Source of the DNA: the human T2T-CHM13v2.0 reference genome, Homo sapiens
Assembly: GCF_009914755.1 (NCBI RefSeq)
Contig: NC_060936.1
Reading direction: 5' to 3' (one strand)
Length of the DNA stretch: 64,000 nucleotides
Shown here: piece by piece, positions 1 to 14,814 of the stretch
Layout: every line of letters begins with the position of its first letter
Numbering within the stretch: the stretch's first letter is position 1
Program-made: the position numbers and the translations under genes
Notes under the pieces: model-generated
Seen by the model: only the letters and a program-made list of their open reading frames with translations
Databases searched by the model: none
Told to the model about the DNA's origin: nothing

Positions 1-429
1 CAAGCTAAAAGTTTTCAATAATTTCTGATAAAATTTTCTTAAAATTAGAAAAGGCATCAATGATATACTTACAAGTGTTTAAATCATTTTTTAATGAATT
101 GATTACCAGACACTAAATATCTAATGTAATGTATGTTTTCTTGTACTTTATGTGACACAAATTAATTTTCAATAGAGGCAGGAAACCTATCTCTAAGGTA
201 ATTAGTCATGGTCAAGTCTTAATTATCTTCTTAAATAGGAAAACAGTAGGCATATAAAGATATCTATTATGATATTTTTAAGTGGTAATTTCTTTTATTT
301 TGTAATATTCTTTCTACTAAAATAGAAACATTTGATGATACAGATTTCAACACAAGGACTTTGAAATGATACTCACTTTTGAACACCTTCAACCTTTCTT
401 GTACTGTACATTCTTTCCAAACCCTACAA

Positions 430-580
430 GGTGCTTGTATCTCTATTTTCTACATGAGGAAAGTGAGACACAGAGATATTCAGCAACTAGCTCAAGGTCA
501 GAAAACTTGAATTGGTAAGTCTAAGATTTCAGCACAGGTGGCTGCATATCTAAAGTTCCATGCTTGTCCCATTCCGTCAC
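430..580 (-). mobile_element. MIR SINE fragment
   Basis: 'ttttctacatgaggaaagtgagacacagaga...ctcaaggtca' resembles the antisense MIR core; boundaries approximate. Confidence 0.7.
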
Positions 581-874
581 ACTGTCAATCAGTGAATCTT
601 TTGTTGATTAAATGCATCTATAATTATTATTAATATATAAATGAATATCCATATTTGAATATCTATACAGTGTTCATAACAGAGCTTTATTGAATATGAA
701 CAAGATATGATTATTATTTCCCCAGACAAAAATTTTATATTGGGATCTGTTAAGAATAACCGGTTTATGTCAATGATGACAGCAAGAGTCTTTTGCAAAA
801 CATATGCAAAAGCAACTTTGATTTACAAAATTAATGAATAACCTTCTTTTAACTAATTATCAATTAACTGACAT

Positions 875-937
875 TTCTTTTCCTGCCTTCCTGCCAGCCT
901 TCCTTCCTTTCTTCCTTTTCTTTTCTTTTTTCTTTCT
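875..937 (+). repeat. Pyrimidine-rich (CTTC/TTTC)n low-complexity tract
   Basis: Directly visible. Confidence 0.75.
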
Positions 938-939
938 AC

Positions 940-1730
940 ATACATTTATTCAGAGTACACTGAGTTACCTGAATTAGGCTCTAGGCTAAATTAAATATGA
1001 GAAATTTGTCTTTCATATTTTGGGAGCTTTGAGAGAAGGATTCAAGGTGATATATTGATGGGGAGCTGAGATTGTAAGATGAGAGATGAGTAGGTGGTAG
1101 TCTTATGAGGGGCCACTTAAAGAAAGAAAGACAGCAAAAAGGAATATTCCAGACTGAAATAAAGCAACTAAAATGGAGAGCTTGTAGTTTTATTTTGATA
1201 TTGCTGTTTTGTCTTGTTTTATTTTATTGCAGGAACTGAAAGAGGTGTAGTGCTATTGGATAATAGAGTACATTGTCGTGGTAAGGGAGGATATGGACAG
1301 AGAGATTTAAAAAGACGAGATTTGTGTTTGCAATGCCTCCTAGGTCACATTAACAAAGTTGAAATTTATGTGTTGCCACTGAAGGGAATGCAATAAATAG
1401 GTGTTATATTTGTTCATTCACTCATTCAAATATATGCATTCAAGGCTTGCTTAGTGTACTATGTGCCAGGTGCTGGTGCATTGGTTAGAAGTTACAGACA
1501 GCAGTGAATTTCTCTTTGTCAGGGGCCTTTCCTTCATGGAGCTTATTATCTGGATTGATGGTTTTGAAAGGTCATTTTGGTGTAACATAAATAATAAATT
1601 GTAGCAAAGCAAGACCAGATAGAAGGAACTGGAGTAGGAAGCAAACAGAGATGATCGTCTGAGCTAGGGACTCAGGATCTAGCAACAAGGATGTCATTGG
1701 TGACAGACAAGAGGATATATTGGGGTAGGA
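940..1730 (-). mobile_element. L2 LINE fragments
   Basis: Antisense L2 3' motifs 'ttcattcactcattcaaa...tactatgtgccaggtgctgg...ccttcatggagctta' and 'gatctagcaacaaggatgtcattggtgac'. Confidence 0.6.
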
Positions 1731-2934
1731 GGCATTTAGATCCAACTTCTTTTTGTAAAGGAAGGACAGGGTGAAGGGCAGGTACTGTCTATGCTTGTCA
1801 CTGTATTTTCAGTCCTTGACTACTAATTTAACCTTGACTCTAAAATCACAACATTTGAGAAGTCATTGATTCCAAGCATTCTTGATTTTTAAGAATGTTC
1901 TATATCTGTTTAACTCAATAATGGGTGTTGAATTGATGAATTCAGGCCCCTTTTCCCAATATTTTAAATTCATGAATAAATATTATTATTTGGGTAATGA
2001 ATACCTTGACTTTTTGGACGTTTTCTTTTAATCATTATAGGAATACAGTCATGTTCAATTAAATAGTACATTACATGGTAATGAGTTGTTAGTCACTCCT
2101 CCTTTACCACAAATATCTACTAACCTCCTCACAAATTTACATGATCTTTGCCCAAATTGACTGTACTACCACTGCAGTAGCTATTTGTGCATTTATCTTT
2201 TGTACTGTGCAACTAATTCTTATATAGACAAATTTGCTCTATACTTGATATGTAAGTACTGGCTCCCCTCACCGTATCTTAAACAAAAGTGTTCAAATAT
2301 ATGTTGTTTGAATTTTCTTCCATACCCTTGAAATAGAAAAGTAAATAAATTCACTCCTTTTTTTTCTTAGTATTTAAAATTATATAACTTTATAGAGTTT
2401 ATGTTTTTAAAATTATATTTTTGGTTTTAGAAAAGTAAATGCCTTCAACAATTTAATAATTTTCTGAATATTAAGGGTAGAATATACTTATAATTTGAAA
2501 AGCAATTTATTCATTCACCACACCCTTTAAATAAAAGCATAGGTCCTCTATTTATAACCTCTACTTTAAGGCCCCTCATTTTTTCAAAAAAGATGATAAT
2601 TGGAGATATGAAAGGTTGTGAGTTTGTATTTTGGAACTGACAGATTCTACTCTTACATTGCTGATAATTTTTAGCATCTCAATGGTTAATTTCTTATTAG
2701 CCATAAGATAGCTTATTCATATATTTGATGGAAATCATAGGGATAAACTTGGACATATTCGTGTTTAGCTTTGCATCTGTTAAATTTATTTGTTTTAGTT
2801 TGCCTATTTTTTCATCTCAAGTATTATACATTCAATATTTGGTAACACTGTATTATAAATCATGTAGAATAAGTTTGGCAGTTTTAGAGAACAATGTGGA
2901 GAATTATTTCTTCAAATGGTCATAGTCTTTTAAT

Positions 2935-3180
2935 AGTCTTGACCAACTTGGCAACATAGCAAGACACTGTGTATGTACATGATGATGATAATAATAATAA
3001 TAATAATAAAAGCTGGGCATGGTGGTGCTTGCTTGTAGTCCCAGCTACTCAGAAGGCTGAGGTGGGAGGATCACTTGAGCATAGTAATTCAAGGCTGCAT
3101 TGAACAATGATCATGCCACTGCACTCCATCCTGGGCAACAGAGAGAGAACCTATCTCTCAATAAACAAACAAACAAACAA
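2935..3180 (+). mobile_element. 5'-truncated AluJ; linker replaced by (GAT)n(AAT)n; (AAAC)n tail
   Basis: Right arm 'gctgggcatggtggtgc...gaggtgggaggatcacttgagc...ttcaaggctgca' is J-type. Confidence 0.9.
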
Positions 3181-5221
3181 GTATCATTCATTTTTTGCAT
3201 TTCATTTTATGTTAGATATTTCAGTATCCTTAAATGTTTATGGCCTCAGTATGCAAACAATTAACATAAACTGATAGGTATCTTAAATGAACAAGCATTT
3301 TAAATTCCTAATAAAAACAAATAAGCATTTAGAACTATTCCTATTTAAGTAAGCCCTCAAAAAACCTAGCCTTTACTATTATAATTTTTATATTGCCTTT
3401 AACAAAGGGCAAAGTTAGTGAAATAAGTCAAAGCTTTACATTGGAAAATTTATGAACACATTATAGATACTAAAGGGTAGAGAGGGAATAAAGGTTTTGT
3501 TGTTGTTGTTTTGTTTTGTTTTGTTTTTACCTGGAAGGTACTTTTATATGTTCCTCTGGTATTATTTCTATGATAAAAATCTTCCTAGTAAAATATTTTT
3601 CTAGTAAAAGGTTTCTATATAATTCAGCCAGGCTTGCCTTACAATTTGTTAAGAGGTGCCTTATGAATGAAACCTATAATTGGTGCCTGTAGTTTATGTC
3701 AAAGCCTAATACTTTTTTATTACATAGAAGATTTTAAACATTAATTATATCTATTAAAATGTATTATTTTCCTGCTCAAAAAATTATTTCTGCTTTTAAT
3801 ATCCAAACATGATTGGTCAATGGCATTTCTCCAAAGAAATTGACAGTAGGATTTAAAATTCTATTTCATTTTTTTCCTTATAAAATCTTAATTATATTCT
3901 TTTGGCTTTATGAAGGTGGACTATAAAATTGACTGATAAATAAGAAAATTTCACCCTGAGGTATAAAAACTGATATGGAAAAAACAGGTTTTGTTAACTA
4001 TTCAAACATTATTACTCTACTCTCTACTGCAGACTCTTGAACATAGAGGGTGCTGTTACATTAATGAAGATCATCTTTTCATGCAATGTTGTTCGTAGCT
4101 TCTTTTAATGGTAAAACCATTAGTTTCAAGGTATTAAATGACTGCTATTTGTTAGTCATTGTTTTTCTTTATCTCAGTAAGTATCTTTTTCAGAATGCCT
4201 AAATGAGGTCTTTTCCATAGGCTTTCATTTGAGATAAGTAAAGATGTGAAAGTGAATGCATGGAAATATTTATGGAAAATATTAGCTTATATGTTAAATA
4301 CCTCATGAAGTTTCCTAACAGCACCACTCTTAATTTTTAACACATATAATAATATTTCATAAAAAATTCAGTATGAATCACTAAACATTAAATATTAAAA
4401 ATGATGGAAAGACCAATAACTTTCTTCAGCATTCTGGAAAGGCACACATTTTGTCATATTTATGCTCTAGCATAATGCATATGCAGACTATTATGTTTTG
4501 TCTGAGTGATATGCAATAATTCTAGCAACACATAAAGTCGTCCCAGCTAGTTGTCATGTTAATCATTCCTAGAAAAATTATGTTGTTGAAAATATTTTGG
4601 TTGTTAAATTGCATTGTTCTTTAATTTTTATCTAGCTGTCTTGAAAACACAGGCAGTATCTAATCCACTAATAGGTCGGGTTACAATTTTTTCTAAAGTG
4701 AGATAAATCAGAAGAGAGATACAAAATTCTTAGTTTGGAATAGTATTCACTCTTTTTCTCCCAGTGCTTAACATTTTACTCACTCCTAAATGTTTACTAC
4801 CTGTGTTACCACCTGAATTGTATTATTTTCCTTTAGCAAAATTCATAAACCGGCCCAGCTTCTGGGACTGAGCCTTAGCATAACAGAATATATTATCAGA
4901 ATGATTAGACAAGATACAGTTATACAGTTACTGATTATCATCAATTTTCATACAATAGGTATCAGGCAAATAAAATATCTTATAAACAGCACGTGTATCA
5001 AGAGCCGTACATGTGTTTGTATCTTTAAACCACTTCAACCTCATTTTCTAGAATGCTTTCTCAAGGTAATGTTCTGAAAAAGTAAAGAATATCTTCATGC
5101 AAAAAAAAAAAACAAAAACAAAAAAAAAACAGATGACTTTTGCAATGCTGGAATCATCCCAAATGATTGTCATGTCCACTCAATGTGATATTATTGAGAT
5201 ATTGAAATAATTAGTTTGTAA

Positions 5222-5591
<370 letters not shown>

Positions 5592-5763
5592 TTAGAATTA
5601 ATTAAAAAATGTATATTCATAAACATAGAAAATGCACATGAAAGAAATGTAATAGGTGAATGTTGGACTGGCCAAATTATAAGTGAATTTTTAAGATTCT
5701 GTTATTTTGTTATGTTGTATTTCACATATTGTGTTTTTTTGTTGTTTTTACCAAGTTTTACAT

Positions 5764-6010
5764 GGCATAGCAGTTAAGGCATGGATTCTAAAGCTTATTA
5801 GCTCAGGTTCCATTTCCAACTGTATTCATCACCAGCTGTGTCACTTTGCTAAACAGTAATCTCTACCTCAGTTTTCTCATCTGTAAAATGGGTATAAAAA
5901 TGGGATTTTTTTTTAAATACAATTTCATAGAATTGTTATACAAATTAAATGATGTGGTTTCCAGCAGGATGTTTAAAAGTATGTTTAGACCATAATAAGG
6001 GCTTGCTATT
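5764..6010 (+). mobile_element. MIR
   Basis: Core 'ctctacctcagttttctcatctgtaaaatggg'. Confidence 0.8.
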
Positions 6011-6544
6011 GTTATTTTCATGGATTATAATATTAAGGTGATATTTTATAAAAAATACGTTTTCAGTTACCAATGCCTAAATCTTAACCTCTATCCATAC
6101 ACTATTCAAAGAAAAGATGTTACCAAAAGATGACTTTGTATGTGCATGGTGGCCTTTGATGGGGAGGAAATGAAGGTATAATGACCAGTTAATAATATCC
6201 TGCTGTACCGGAATTAAGTTGGAATATTCATTCACATCTTATCTCTGTCTGAGAACTAAGCAGACATCAAAAGTGCCCACCTATTATAATTTTGTCCTTT
6301 TGTTCCCTGTCATACTTCAATTATGATGTCCATATATGATATTGTCATATTCTAATAATGAGATATTTGTGCTGTTTTATGTGTTTTTTGATGGGAAGAG
6401 ATATCAGTTGACAATTTAGAGATTCCATGACTGTAAAATTAACCTCTTACCTGTCACTGGCAAGATTGCTTTTCATAATAGTTACATGAAAGTCACAGAA
6501 ATTTCAAATCACTCTGCTTATCTTTTATGACACCTCCCTCAAGC

Positions 6545-6955
6545 TCCCAGGCCTTTGCCCTACATATAATTGGACACTCTAAGCTTCCCCTATCATGGAA
6601 CTTAATCTTCCTATCCCACACTTACTGGCCTGCCAGAGGGCCAATATCCTCATTTCATTTAAATCTGCCTGTATGCCATCATATTAGAGAGGGTTCCTGG
6701 AACCACATGTACTAGAGTAGCATCACCATCCTATAACTCTATATTGCCTAATTTGTTAATTTCTTGACGTAGCAATTATGTAAATGCATATTATATTTAT
6801 TTAATTGTCATTGTATCTATTTAATTGTGTATTTTTGTCTCCCTCTTCTAGAATACAATTCTACTGAAGCATGAGCTTTGTCTCTGTGTTCATTCCTACC
6901 CACTCTGAGAATATAAAACTAATCAATCAATAAATGTTAAATAGCCAAATGAACA
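6545..6955 (+). mobile_element. L2 3' end
   Basis: 'ggcctttgcc...tgtctccctcttctagaat...caataaatgttaaatagccaaatgaa'. Confidence 0.65.
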
Positions 6956-7899
6956 TGACTGACAAATTTTATTTTAAATGGAGATGAGATTCAAATGATC
7001 TTGAAACTATGTAACTTGTAACTAGGTAAACTGGTTTTTTAATAAGTTGCAGTAGCACTAATAGCACTTTCAAATATTTACAGACTATTCACAAGAAAAA
7101 ATAATTTTGGGTATCTTCCATAAATTACAGAGCAACTGAGAAAGGGCAATGAAAGCATCAAAGTAAAAATAAAAATTAAAAATCTCTTTAAAAACTGAAG
7201 AATAATTTTTGTTTCTGTTTTTTAAATGGTGAGTGCATTTAAAAATAGAAAGAAAATGACATTTTACCTAATCTTCATCATAATTTATGTACTTTTTGGA
7301 TTATCTTATGACCAGACAGGAGTTTCCTGAGTTGAAAGATAATTATATTTTGGTTTATGCAACAACAAGATTTGTCATTTTATGTTTCAGTTAAATTGTG
7401 TGCACTGGGCAAATAAACTGAGAAATGCTAATACCCAAATGGCATTATCTTGGAATATCCTAAGTATTCATATTTTATTGTCTTTACTTAGAGTCAAAAA
7501 AGGTAACAATTCTCTCTGAGAGAAAACATAATAAATAGCAAAGCTTCAGGGACCATCCTCTTATATTAAGTACCCACTTGACTTTCTGTAAGAAACCATA
7601 GTGTCATAATCAGAGAATCTCAAGTATAGAAATACAATTATCAATCTTATTCCACTGATTCACAACATCTCAACTCAAAATAAGCTTTTGTCTCTTAATA
7701 TGTTATTTTGCTTCATTTCCTATGTACAAGTCCTGTTTCAATCACTAAAGCACTCTTCAGTGCTTGGAATTTTAAATAATTGAATAACTTTTAATGACGA
7801 ATGAAAATAAAAATAACCTCAAGTTAGTAAATCCTCAGAAATACATTATGAGACCCTGCCCGGAGAATTGACACATATAGTGATCTCCATAAAGACAAG

Positions 7900-8090
7900 G
7901 TTCAGGAGCTCAAAGAGATGGGCTTTGGAGCCAGACCACCCAGATTCAAATCTTGGCCCTCTGACTCACGACATGTGTAACCCTTGACTAGTTACTTAAT
8001 TGCTTGTGTCTGCATCTCTTTATAAATAAAATGAGGATTCATGGTATCTTTGACATGGAGGTTGTTTTAAGAATTAACTGAAGAGAACAT
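7900..8090 (+). mobile_element. MIR
   Basis: 'gggctttggagccagaccacccagattcaaatcttggccctc...aaaatgagga'. Confidence 0.8.
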
Positions 8091-9999
8091 CTGGACCATT
8101 ATACACATATGCAAAGTTATTATTTCTATGGGGTTTGCCAGATATTTTTAGAATAATATGTTGTTTTGATCATTTCTGACAGTTCTTTTGAAATATTTCT
8201 AGAAAATGGTAGAAAATTCATTAAAATAAATATCTTACATGAGCATTAGTAACTTTTTAAAAATCATTGGTGTGGGAGTCATGAGGTATCTCTACCCTGA
8301 TCGTGACTTGATAAACTGGCCTTCATTAACTGTTCATAAACGTGATTCATAGTGATATTGGCATGACCACTGTAAATGCTCACTAACAATACTTTATGCC
8401 TAATACTGAGAAAAGTGCTTGGAGGAAAGTGATAGAGAACGTAAAGTATGCTTATAACATAGTTATGGTCCCCTAAGAGATATTCTCATGTATAAATATG
8501 GGAAAACATCAGAATGTAACTTATTTTTCAGAAGTCAGGCATAGGTTAGTTCAATTAAAATACTAACATTATATTTTGCAATATTTATTCTCTCTTATTA
8601 ATGAATTTTTAGGTATCTCACCAAAACCAAGAAACTCCCTTATAAAACTTAGTGAGCTGTCCCCTTGGAGAAAAACCATACTTTTACTAATTTTTTTCTT
8701 TGGAAAATATTATGGCATCATTGGAATTTCAATCAATGCCTTGATATACAGGCTTTGGTAAATGACTGTGCTGCTAAAAATGGAAAGGGATTGATATAAC
8801 TAGAATTTGCATTATTTTGGTTCTTCATAATATTTTTTACTCTTAACTCTCATACCTCTCCCTTTCTCTTACATGCACATGCACATACACCACATACACT
8901 CATCTGATACAAAGTATGTTAAACAGAGAATTTAAATCATCTATTTATTGAAAGATAAGCCAGGTAAAGAGTAGGTCAGAAAAATGTTGCACTGTATTAG
9001 AATCAAACATGAGGCATATTCAGTGCTAGTCTGATGTTTGTCTGAATTAACTACAATGACTAGGGGACCCAGGTTGTATTTGTTAATCATTTTTCCCTCT
9101 TTAATTTTGCATTTATGTGTATCTTCCCAATTGGTTATATATTTTTGGAAATTTTTATTTGAATATCAGAATGAGAGTTAACATTGTAATATGCCTTTGC
9201 TAGCAATACTCTGCTAGGTAATGTTTGTTGTAACATCTTTGTTTCTGTGAGAAAATCTGATGTATAGTCAGTAAGTAACCTGCTAAAAGTATTTTAAGAG
9301 GCGCTTACCCTAGGGCATGTCCTTTGCTTCGCTTAGTATAATTCCATTGCTTATAATTGTTATTATAACTGTTATTAATATAATTGCTTATTATAATTTC
9401 ATTACTTATCCCTTGGTGAGGATGTGCCCTCACTCCTTCCCCCTGATAATACAAGTCCCATAACTATTTAGCTTTCTGACTTTTAGCAGATAGGTTAGAT
9501 GACTCAGCTCCATTAAAATATTACTGAAGAGTTGCTCTGCCTCAGGTTTTCTTCTTAGGATTCTTCTAAAATATATTTAACCATAAAAAATAAAAGCAAA
9601 AATTGTGAAGACAAAACTGGAAAAACCTAAAGTTAACCATTATATACATAGCTTGCACAGCACCATTTCCATTTTTTTGTTTTTCAAGCTTATTTCTGTA
9701 TTAGAATATGTGCACCTAGAGGCTTAAGCTGTGTACTTGCTATGAAATCACATTTACGGAGCATAATATTTATCTTCAGAAACCAAAATAAAATAAAAAA
9801 TATTCAAGATAAAGCATAAAGTGGTTAATTATAATGTAATATTAAGATCTTAAATGTTATAGTAATGCAAGTATTTATGTTTTATTCTGTATAGGTTACG
9901 CAATATGAACAGATTATATAGTTTAGCATTGGACCTGGGGAAGTTTTCTCATATAAAAAAATCATGAAACATAATTATTGATATAAGCAATAAAATTAT

Positions 10000-10450
10000 A
10001 CCTGACTAAAGTAAGCAAAAATAACACATTAAAAGACCATTGGCAGCAAAAAGAATCGTTGAAGAGCCTGATGGATGAGGCTCAAAAACATGAAGACAGA
10101 GTCATATCCAACAGCATGATACAAACAAGTAGATCTGCTTATTCAAGGTTGAGGACTAGATGTCACAACTTGTGCCCTAGCTGTGACCATTCTGATTTGT
10201 TCACTGGAGTATCCAACTGTCACTGATGCAAGCTGCTGATGTCACTGATGCACTAATCCAGGCACTACTGCCTTTGGAAATGAAGTGATACTGCCACGGT
10301 TGAAGGTCCTGCCAGAAATGACTTCCTTAGCAACTTCTTTTATGATTAGGGCAGCTATATGTGTTTGGCTGAATCTAGAGCATATGTCTATGCTCTTGAA
10401 GCAACATACACCAGGAAAATAAATATTTGGCATGTTCTGCTTCTTCTTGG
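10000..10450 (-). mobile_element. Old MaLR LTR fragment (MLT1L/M/N-like)
   Basis: 'tttggctgaatctagagcatatgtctatgctc...caggaaaataaatatttggcat' resembles the old MLT1 antisense motif. Confidence 0.4.
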
Positions 10451-10480
10451 CATTATTTCCCCACTAATGAGTATAAAACA

Positions 10481-10993
10481 TGTGGCATCCAATCTAAAAA
10501 ATGCCATCTCCTCTGTGTATGTATCTATCCTTTTGTGGTATCTTCCCCTCAAATCTGGTTGGCACTGTAACTCACTCTTGACCAACAGGATGTGGTGGAG
10601 GCAAGGTCAGAAAATTTCTTACTGCTGTCACATGGGTCTTTTGGGACATTCACCCTTGAGTTACTTACTTTAAAACCCAACCACCACACATTGATGAACA
10701 TGAGAAGCCATGTGTGGAATCTGGTTGACAGCCTTGGTTGAACTTTCAGTTAACAGTCTCAACTCTCAGCCATGTGAGTGAGCCATCTTAGGTCCCATGC
10801 CCACTCAAACTTTAAGACTCTCCAGTTCTCAGCTGACATATGACTTCAACCCCTTGAGGGACCATAAACAAGAACTAATCAAATGAACCCAGGAAGCCCA
10901 CAGAATTCATGGACATGCGAGGTCATAATAAATTGCTGTTTAAGTCACTTCATTTTGAGATTGTTTGTTAGGTAGTACTAGTTATAATTAAAA
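10481..10993 (+). mobile_element. MLT1G/H-like MaLR LTR
   Basis: Starts TGTGG; internal 'ttgaccaacaggatgtggtggag'; ends 'tgtttaagtcacttcattttgagattgtttgtta'. Confidence 0.75.
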
Positions 10994-11294
10994 GTAGAGA
11001 ATTCTGCAAATGTAGGAATGTTTGCAGGACTCTGCAGAAGAGGACAAAGAGAGGGTAAGTGAGAGAGGAAAAAGAAGGAGAAGAAGAGGAAGAGAAGGAA
11101 GAAAATAAATAAATTTAAATTTTCAGTACAAATTTACAAATTCTCCTTTGTCTGTATTTCATTCAATCCATTGTATGTAGACTTAATAATAACTTTTAAA
11201 AACACTACCATTTCTTGAGTGAAAAGGATTGTACTAGATATCTTGCCTTACACCTCTTTATTTTTCTTGACTGTTTGTATGCCACAATTTTTTG

Positions 11295-11420
11295 AAGTAT
11301 ACAATTATATTTTATAAAATAAAAAAACAGATTCAGAGAAGATAAAGAATTTTCCTCAGACACAGCTAATGGTTACCAGAAATGAGTTGTGAACTAAAAT
11401 CTTTCTGAATCCAAAGGCAA
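11295..11420 (-). mobile_element. MIR fragment
   Basis: 'acagattcagagaag...acacagctaatgg...ctgaatccaaag'. Confidence 0.55.
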
Positions 11421-12589
11421 AGTTTAACTTTATCAGATTGCAAAACTTTCCTTTTTTTCTGTTATTTGATAGCCTGAAATTGGCTCAGTAATTTCGCTTA
11501 TGTATTTCAAAGGAAAAGATGCAACACACAACAGTTCTGAATTGACTAGAATTGCCCATGTGATTTTGAGAAGACAACAGCAATACCTGGTCATCTATAT
11601 TAGCAATTATGTGTCTAGTTTCATGAACGAGGCTTCTGGTGAAGTTCTCTACACCAAATTATTTACTTTGAAATACGCTTCACTAATTAGTGCTTCTGTC
11701 AGTATATGCCTTCAGAGCCATTCTGAAGACATGCAAACCACCCACTTATCTGTAAGCTGTGCCCGGCAACCTAAGGATTTAGATATAAACATAACGGTGA
11801 ATTGTGGGATAAGGGCAGAGTGGGCAAGATGGTTCACAGTCACTATTCATTTATAAAAACCAAAGTAGTGGGAGAATTATTTGATATTTTTAACTGGCAT
11901 GTAAAAGTTAATGATTATGGAGTCACAATTAAACTGTTACTAAAATAAACTGATCTATTTATAATGAATCTTTGTTTTGGCATTACTGCTAGCCAGTTGC
12001 TGTAACAGGTCAGTTATAACAATGAATATGTACAAACACATTATTTCCTAAGGGCATGCTAAGCTACAATCAAAACAGGCATCTATCATCATGTATTATA
12101 GTTGAATAGCAATTAAATAAGCCATGATACATTTTCTGATTTGCCTTCCGAATTACTCAATTTTTCATAAACTATGTAAGTCAGAAACAGTGCTAAAATA
12201 AGAAACCCAAGTGTATTAACATTTGCAAAACTTTTGTGGATAGTTAATAAAATTCCCTTATGATCTAAAGAGAATGTAAAATTATATATTGGAGTAGTTT
12301 AACATTTTGTTATGAAATGTGCATTTTTTTGAAGTTCCAAAATACAGATTTTTTTCTGGAAAGAAAGAATGCATTTTTAATCCTAAATTATCAGGCAATA
12401 TATTGTAACTAAAAATTAAAATAAAATTATCAATTTTATTGAGTGTATCAAGTTTACAATGACTGTCTCATTATTTGGGAACGACTGACTCATTATTCTA
12501 GAGAAAACCTTGACATTGGCACACAAATTGTATTATTTAATTTCCCCAGAATTACAAATGTCTTTTTTGGATCCCACTCCCCTATCTAG

Positions 12590-12935
<346 letters not shown>

Positions 12936-13571
12936 ATTGTTCTACATTTTTGTGATTGGTGCTACCTTCTTGAAACATTTTCTTCTGTCAGCACACCACC
13001 ATCTCTTTGATTCTCTTCTTTCCCACTCATTGCTCCTCAACAGTTCCATTTGATGTTTTCTCCCCATTTTCCAGACTTCTAAAACTCAGAGTGCTCTAAA
13101 AACAATACCAAACAATATGACTGCTGAGTCCCTTCACCAAGACAGGACTCTGAAGCTCATCTGCCACTACTCCTTAAGCCCATAGAGAATAACCAGACGT
13201 ATGCTTGGCCTTCCCCCATACACATTCTTTGACAGACAAACCTGTTCCAGAGGAAAATGAGCCCATAAACCAAACTAACAAGAAATTTGAAGACCACCTT
13301 TATTTTCATAGATAACAAAAAATGCACTGTATTACACACATTGTATCAAGAACAGATATATCAATATTAAAAAGTTCTAGAATTTTATTCACTTAATAAT
13401 CATAGTAACTTACGTAAGAAAGTATATTGTCATGAAAACATTAAAAAGCCAGTTATAATACTAGATATGGAAATACGTGAGAATTAAAGCACATATTTAA
13501 ATAGATAGAATAGATACAGCTGAGGGATGAATTAGAAAAAATCAGAATCAAAAGCCTCATAGAAGAAAGAA

Positions 13572-14002
13572 GATTTGTCTGTTTGTGTTGCTATAAAGGA
13601 ATACCTGAGGGATGGTTATTTATAAAGAAAAGAGATTTATTTAGCTTATGATTCTTAAGTCAGGAAAAGTTCAAAAGTGAGCATCTGTATCTGGTGAGGG
13701 ACACAAACTTCTTCCACTCATGGTGAAAGGCAGGGAGCCAGTGTGTGCAGAGATCACATGATGAGAAAGGAAACAGGAGAGAGGAGGGGAGATACCAGCT
13801 TTTTTTAACAACCACCTCTCATGGACTGTAATAGGGTGGACATTCACTCATTACTGTGAGAATGGCACCAAGTGATTCATGAGGGATTTGCCCCCAAACC
13901 CAAACACCTGTCACTGGGCCCCATCCCAACACTGCTACACTGGAGATTAAATTCCAACAAGAGATTTGGAGCAGCCAAACAAACCATATCCAAACTATAG
14001 CA
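13572..14002 (-). mobile_element. MSTB-like MaLR solo LTR
   Basis: 'gtctgtttgtgttgctataaaggaatacctgag ... ccatatccaaactatagca'. Confidence 0.88.
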
Positions 14003-14334
14003 GCAACATCCAAAGAACAAGAAAATACAAAGGAGATGAAGAATAAAGGTGGAAATGTAACATGTGGGTAACAGGAATTCCAGAAGAACTGAAAGATAAA
14101 GATGAAGAAGAAAAAATATTTGAAAAAACAATAGACATAAATGTATTGAAATTTTAAAAAATAAAATGATAAAATATCTTGATATTGAAAGGGTTATGAA
14201 TTGCCAAAAAGGAGAAATAAAAAAACACACAGTTCTAGATATATGAGGAAATTTAATGTACAAAGACAAACAGAAAATATTGCAGGGAGGAAAAGAAGAT
14301 TAGAGACAAAAAGAGCAAGATGAAGGAGAGGGTG

Positions 14335-14378
14335 ATATCATACTGAAAGGGCAAAAGCTGGAAGCATTTCCCTTGAGA
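14335..14378 (+). mobile_element. Short L1PA ORF2 fragment (IILKGQKLEAFPLR)
   Basis: 'atcatactgaaagggcaaaagctggaagcatttcccttgaga' matches the L1 RT region; homologous to [14 protein letters not shown] in the 45299-45787 ORF. Confidence 0.85.
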
Positions 14379-14379
14379 T

Positions 14380-14814
14380 GGGCAATCAAATCTTAAAGCT
14401 CCAAAGTGATTTCCTTTGACTACGTGTCTCACATCCAGCTCACACTGATACAAGAGGTGAGTTCCCATGGTCTTGGATAGCTCTGACCCTGTGGCTCTGC
14501 AGTGTACAGTCTCCCTCCTTGATGAGGTCATGGGCTGGCATTGAGTGTCTGCAGCATTTCCAGGTGCACAGTGCAAATTGTCATTGGATCTACCATTTCC
14601 GGAGTCTGGAGAATGGTGGCCCTCTTCTCACAGCTCTACTAGGCAGCACCCCAGTTGGGAATCTGTGTTGCGGCTCTGACCCAATATTTCCCTTCTGCAC
14701 TGCCATAGCAGAGATTCGCCATGAGGGCTCTGCCCTTGAAACAAACTTTTGCCTGGACATCCAGGTGTTTCCATACATCCTCTGAAATCTAGGTAGAGAT
14801 TCCCAAACCTCAAT
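14380..14814 (-). mobile_element. THE1-internal fragment without LTRs
   Basis: Reverse complement aligns to the THE1 internal region at ~23943-24366. Confidence 0.92.

Noticed and set aside
14380-14814. Local THE1C (23943-24366) as donor of the ectopic THE1 fragment
   Set aside because: About 17% diverged by eye versus ~8% for the co-inserted duplicate, and the fragment retains 'accattctccaga' where the local copy has a deletion.
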